From a virus (lineage: Duplodnaviria > Heunggongvirae > Uroviricota > Caudoviricetes), in the IMG/VR virus record IMGVR_UViG_2541047813_000003, positions 1-34,917 of that record: 34,917 nucleotides of DNA; one strand, written 5' to 3'. The notes below the pieces were generated by a model. It searched no databases. It saw only the letters and a list, made by a program, of their open reading frames with translations, and was not told the origin of the DNA. Below are positions 30,801 through 34,917 of this stretch, piece by piece. Within the stretch, counting starts at the first letter, position 1, and every line of letters starts with the position of its first letter. The position numbers were made by a program, and so were the translations under genes.

Positions 30801-33258
30801 ACCGGTAGGCGATCTGGTCGTTGATTTAAGTCTGGATGCGGCCAGATTTGACGAGCAGATGGCCAGAGTCAGGCGTCATTTTTCCGGTACGGAAAGTGAT
30901 GCGAAAAAAACAGCGGCAGTCGTTGAACAGTCAATGAACCGGCAGGCGCTGGCTGCACAGAAAGCGGGGATTTCCGTCGGGCAGTATAAAGCTGCCATGC
31001 GTATGCTGCCTGCGCAGTTCACCGACGTGGCCACGCAGCTTGCAGGGGGGCAGAATCCGTGGCTCATCCTGCTGCAACAGGGTGGTCAGGTGAAGGACTC
31101 CTTCGGCGGGATGATCCCCATGTTCAGGGGGCTTGCCGGTGCGATCACCCTGCCGATGGTTGGTATCACTTCGCTGGCGGTGGCGACCGGTGCGCTGGCG
31201 TATGCCTGGTATCAGGGTGACTCAACCCTGTCCAATTTCAATAAAACGCTGGTCCTTTCCGGTAATCAGGCGGGACTGACGGCAGATCGTATGCTGGCCC
31301 TGTCCAGATCCGGGCAGGCGGCAGGGCTGACGTTTAACCAGACCAGCGAGTCACTGACGGCGCTGGTGAATGCCGGTGTGCGTGGTGGTGAGCAGTTTGA
31401 GGCAATCAGCCAGAGTGTGGCGCGTTTCTCCTCTGCATCCGGCGTGGAGGTGGACAAGGTCGCTGAAGCCTTCGGGAAGCTGACCACTGACCCGACGTCT
31501 GGGTTGACGGCGATGGCGCGCCAGTTCCATAACGTGACGGCGGAACAGATTGCGTATGTTGCTCAGTTGCAGCGTTCCGGCGATGGGGCCGGGGCATTGC
31601 AGGCGGCGAACGAGGCCGCAACGAAAGGGTTTGATGACCAGACCCGTAAACTGAAAGATAACATGGGTACGCTGGAGACCTGGGCAGACAAGACTGCACA
31701 GGCATTCAAATCCATGTGGGATGCGGTGCTGGATATTGGTCGCCCGGACTCCTCTGCAGATATGCTCGCCAAAGCTGAAAAGGCTTTTGATGAAGCGGAT
31801 AAAAAATGGCAGTGGTATCAGAGCCGAAGCCACCGGCGCGGTAAAACGTCAGCATTTCTTGCCAATCTCCGGGGGGCATGGGAGAAGAGAGAGAATGCGC
31901 GACTTGGGCTTTCAGCCGCCACGTTGCAGGCAGATCTTGAAAAGGCCAGTGAGATGGCAGCAAAAGATCGGGCCGAGTCTGAGGCATCACGGCTGAAATA
32001 TACCGAAGAGGCGCAGAAGGCTTACGAACGCCTGCAGACACCGCTGGAGAAATATACCGCCCGCCAGGAGGAACTGAATAAGGCACTGAAAGACGGAAAA
32101 ATCCTGCAGGCAGATTACAACACGCTGATGGCGGCGGCGAAAAAGGACTATGAAGCGACGCTGAAAAAGCCGAAGCAGTCCGGCGTGAAAGTGTCTGCGG
32201 GCGATCGTCAGGAAGACAGTGCTCATGCTGCCCTGCTGACGCTTCAGGCAGAACTCCGGACACTGGAGAAGCATGCCGGAGCGAATGAGAAAATCAGCCA
32301 GCAGCGCCGGGATTTGTGGAAGGCGGAAAGTCAGTTCGCGGTACTGGAGGAGGCGGCGCAACGTCGCCAGCTGTCCGCACAGGAGAAATCCCTGCTGGCG
32401 CATAAAGATGAGACGCTGGAGTACAAACGCCAGCTGGCTGCACTTGGCGATAAGGTCACGTATCAGGAGCACCTGAACGCGCTGGCGCAGCAGGCGGATA
32501 AATTCGCACAGCAGCAACGGGCAAAACGGGCAGCCATTGAGGCGAAAAACCGGGGGCTGACTGACCGGCAGGCAGCGCGGGACGCCACGGAACAGCGCCT
32601 GAAGGAACAGTATGGCGATAATCCGCTGGCGCTGAATAACGTCATGTCAGAGCAGAAAAAGACCTGGGCGGCTGAAGACCAGCTTCGCGGGAACTGGATG
32701 GCAGGCCTGAAGTCCGGCTGGAGTGAGTGGGAAGAGAGCGCCACGGACAGTATGTCGCAGGTAAAAAGTGCAGCCACGCAGACCTTTGATGGTATTGCAC
32801 AGAATATGGCGGCGATGCTGACCGGCAGTGTCATTGGCGGTGCATCAGCGTCAGGCGGTACAGCCATTCAGGCATCTGCGGCGAAATTCCATTTTGCGAC
32901 CGGAGGATTTACGGGAACCGGCGGCAAATATGAGCCAGCGGGGATTGTTCACCGTGGTGAATTTGTCTTCACGAAGGAGGCAACCAGCCGGATTGGCGTG
33001 GGGAATCTTTACCGGCTTATGCGCGGCTATGCCACCGGCGGTTATGTCGGTACACCGGGCAGCATGGCGGACAGTCGGTCGCAGGCGTCCGGGACGTTTG
33101 AGCAGAATAACCATGTGGTGATTAACAACGACGGCACGAACGGTCAGATAGGGCCACAGGCGCTGAAGGCTGTTTATGACGTAGCCCGTAAGGCGGCAAT
33201 GGATGTTGTGACCGGGCAGATGCGTGATGGTGGTCTGTTCTCCGGAGGTGGACGATGA
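30793..33258 (+). CDS. H: Tail tape-measure protein H
   Basis: 821 aa, alpha-helical/coiled-coil-rich, with a hydrophobic segment near the N-terminus and a C-terminal Gly-rich region; matches lambda gpH. Confidence 0.9.
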   Translation: MAEPVGDLVVDLSLDAARFDEQMARVRRHFSGTESDAKKTAAVVEQSMNRQALAAQKAGISVGQYKAAMRMLPAQFTDVATQLAGGQNPWLILLQQGGQVKDSFGGMIPMFRGLAGAITLPMVGITSLAVATGALAYAWYQGDSTLSNFNKTLVLSGNQAGLTADRMLALSRSGQAAGLTFNQTSESLTALVNAGVRGGEQFEAISQSVARFSSASGVEVDKVAEAFGKLTTDPTSGLTAMARQFHNVTAEQIAYVAQLQRSGDGAGALQAANEAATKGFDDQTRKLKDNMGTLETWADKTAQAFKSMWDAVLDIGRPDSSADMLAKAEKAFDEADKKWQWYQSRSHRRGKTSAFLANLRGAWEKRENARLGLSAATLQADLEKASEMAAKDRAESEASRLKYTEEAQKAYERLQTPLEKYTARQEELNKALKDGKILQADYNTLMAAAKKDYEATLKKPKQSGVKVSAGDRQEDSAHAALLTLQAELRTLEKHAGANEKISQQRRDLWKAESQFAVLEEAAQRRQLSAQEKSLLAHKDETLEYKRQLAALGDKVTYQEHLNALAQQADKFAQQQRAKRAAIEAKNRGLTDRQAARDATEQRLKEQYGDNPLALNNVMSEQKKTWAAEDQLRGNWMAGLKSGWSEWEESATDSMSQVKSAATQTFDGIAQNMAAMLTGSVIGGASASGGTAIQASAAKFHFATGGFTGTGGKYEPAGIVHRGEFVFTKEATSRIGVGNLYRLMRGYATGGYVGTPGSMADSRSQASGTFEQNNHVVINNDGTNGQIGPQALKAVYDVARKAAMDVVTGQMRDGGLFSGGGR

Positions 33259-33584
33259 AAACCTTCCGCTGGAAAGTGAAACCCGGTATGGATGTGGCTT
33301 CGGCCCCTTCTGTAAGAAAGGTGCGCTTTGGTGATGGCTATTCCCAGCGAGCGCCTGCCGGGCTGAATGCCAACCTGAAAACGTACAGCGTGACGCTTTC
33401 TGTTCCCCGTTGGGAGGCCGCGGCGCTGGAGTCGTTTCTGGAAGAGCACGGGGGCTGGAAAGCCTTTCTGTGGACGCCGCCTTATGAGTGGCGGCAGATA
33501 AAGGTGACCTGCGCAAAATGGTCGTCGCGGGTCAGTATGCTGCGTGTTGAGTTCAGCGCAGAGTTTGAACAGGTGGTGAACTGA
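33255..33584 (+). CDS. M: Tail tip protein M
   Basis: 109 aa, matches lambda gpM. Confidence 0.9.
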   Translation: MKTFRWKVKPGMDVASAPSVRKVRFGDGYSQRAPAGLNANLKTYSVTLSVPRWEAAALESFLEEHGGWKAFLWTPPYEWRQIKVTCAKWSSRVSMLRVEFSAEFEQVVN

Positions 33585-34282
33585 TGCAGGATATCCGGCA
33601 GGAAACACTGAATGAATGCACCCGTGCGGAGCAGTCGGCCAGCGTGGTGCTCTGGGAAATCGACCTGACAGAGGTCGGTGGAGAACGTTATTTTTTCTGT
33701 AATGAGCAGAACGAAAAAGGTGAGCCGGTCACCTGGCAGGGGCGACAGTATCAGCCGTATCCCATTCAGGGGAGTGGTTTTGAACTGAATGGCAAAGGCA
33801 CCAGTACGCGCCCCACGCTGACGGTTTCTAACCTGTACGGTATGGTCACCGGGATGGCGGAAGACCTGCAGAGTCTGGTCGGCGGAACGGTGGTCAGGCG
33901 TAAGGTTTACGCCCGTTTTCTGGATGCGGTGAACTTCGTCAACGGAAACAGCGACGCCGATCCGGAGCAGGAGGTGATCAGCCGCTGGCGCATCGAGCAG
34001 TGCAGCGAACTGAGCGCGGTCAGTGCCTCTTTTGTACTGTCCACGCCGACGGAAACGGATGGTGCCGTTTTTCCGGGGCGCATCATGCTTGCTAATACCT
34101 GCACCTGGACCTATCGCGGTGATGAGTGCGGTTATCACGGTCCGGCGGTCGCGGATGAATATGACCAGCCGACATCCGAAATCACGAAGGATAAATGCAG
34201 CAAATGCCTGAGTGGCTGTAAGTTCCGCAATAATGTCGGCAACTTTGGCGGCTTCCTTTCCATTAACAAACTTTCGCAGTAA
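33584..34282 (+). CDS. L: Tail tip protein L
   Basis: 232 aa, matches lambda gpL (C-terminal Cys cluster). Confidence 0.9.
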   Translation: MQDIRQETLNECTRAEQSASVVLWEIDLTEVGGERYFFCNEQNEKGEPVTWQGRQYQPYPIQGSGFELNGKGTSTRPTLTVSNLYGMVTGMAEDLQSLVGGTVVRRKVYARFLDAVNFVNGNSDADPEQEVISRWRIEQCSELSAVSASFVLSTPTETDGAVFPGRIMLANTCTWTYRGDECGYHGPAVADEYDQPTSEITKDKCSKCLSGCKFRNNVGNFGGFLSINKLSQ

Positions 34283-34287
34283 ATCCC

Positions 34288-34917
34288 ATGACAGAGACAG
34301 AATCAGCGATTCTGGCGCACGCCCGGCGATGTGCGCCAGCGGAGTCGTGCGGCTTCGTGGTGAGAACGTCGGAAGGGGAAAGATATTTTCCCTGCGTGAA
34401 TATCTCCGGTGAGCCGGAGGATTATTTCCGGATGTCGCCGGAGGACTGGCTGCGGGCAGAGATGCAGGGTGAGATTGTGGCGCTGGTCCACAGCCACCCC
34501 GGTGGCCTGCCCTGGCTGAGTGAGGCTGACCGGCGGCTGCAGGTGCAGAGTGATTTGCCATGGTGGCTGGTCTGCCGGGGGGCGATTCATAAATTCCGCT
34601 GTGTGCCGCATCTTACCGGGCGGCGCTTTGAGCACGGGGTGACGGATTGTTACACGCTGTTCCGGGACGCTTACCATCTGGCGGGGATTGAGATGCCGGA
34701 TTTTCATCGTGAGGATGACTGGTGGCGTAACGGCCAGAATCTCTATCTGGATAATCTGGAGGCCACAGGGCTGTATCAGGTGCCGTTGTCATCAGCACAA
34801 CCGGGTGATGTGCTGCTGTGCTGTTTTGGTTCATCGGTGCCGAATCATGCCGCCATTTACTGTGGTGACGGCGAGCTGCTGCACCATATTCCTGAACAAC
34901 TGAGTAAACGAGAGAGG
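34288..34917 (+). CDS. K: Tail tip assembly protein K (partial; runs off the window end)
   Basis: ATG at 34288 (MTETESAILAHARRCAPAESCGFVV...); reading frame open to the last base of the window. Confidence 0.85.
   Translation, partial: MTETESAILAHARRCAPAESCGFVVRTSEGERYFPCVNISGEPEDYFRMSPEDWLRAEMQGEIVALVHSHPGGLPWLSEADRRLQVQSDLPWWLVCRGAIHKFRCVPHLTGRRFEHGVTDCYTLFRDAYHLAGIEMPDFHREDDWWRNGQNLYLDNLEATGLYQVPLSSAQPGDVLLCCFGSSVPNHAAIYCGDGELLHHIPEQLSKRER

Noticed and set aside
33482-34561. 359-aa minus-strand ORF overlapping tail genes M, L and K
   Set aside because: Antisense to three well-supported lambda tail genes in GC-rich DNA; low-complexity Ala/Pro/Arg-rich translation typical of spurious antisense ORFs.

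Overview
This window is a nearly complete lambda-like (lambdoid) prophage in integrated map order; both prophage ends lie outside the window. Left to right: int and xis (minus strand); an accessory block including a TraR/DksA-like zinc finger and a TGT-fold (DpdA-like) gene; the lambda Red module exo-bet-gam; a non-lambda immunity region with a leaderless S24-type CI repressor, divergent pRM/pR and a Cro-like gene; lambda-type replication genes O (with ori iterons) and P, then ren; an AT-rich moron island (emrE, large serine recombinase, alpha/beta-hydrolase esterase); nin-like genes (NinB/YbcN-like, ninE, ybcO, rusA, ylcG); a phage-21/DLP12-type late module (Q, an antisense nmpC porin moron, pinholin S, SAR endolysin R, Rz/Rz1, bor); cos; and lambda head and tail genes Nu1 through K (K cut by the window end). 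All calls are from reading the ORF translations and the DNA by eye, with no database search. The strongest candidate for an undescribed system is an AT-rich gene of about 313 codons in the rexAB-equivalent slot between cI and pL (5768-6709, minus strand), which I cannot assign to any family. Second is the TGT-fold protein (2336-3088) coupled to exo, a possible 7-deazaguanine DNA-modification function. Smaller observations include an rrn-type boxA after cro, a structured pL leader, GTTGTT-type operator palindromes, a G10 tract near cos, and an esterase with an apparently start-less lipoprotein signal.
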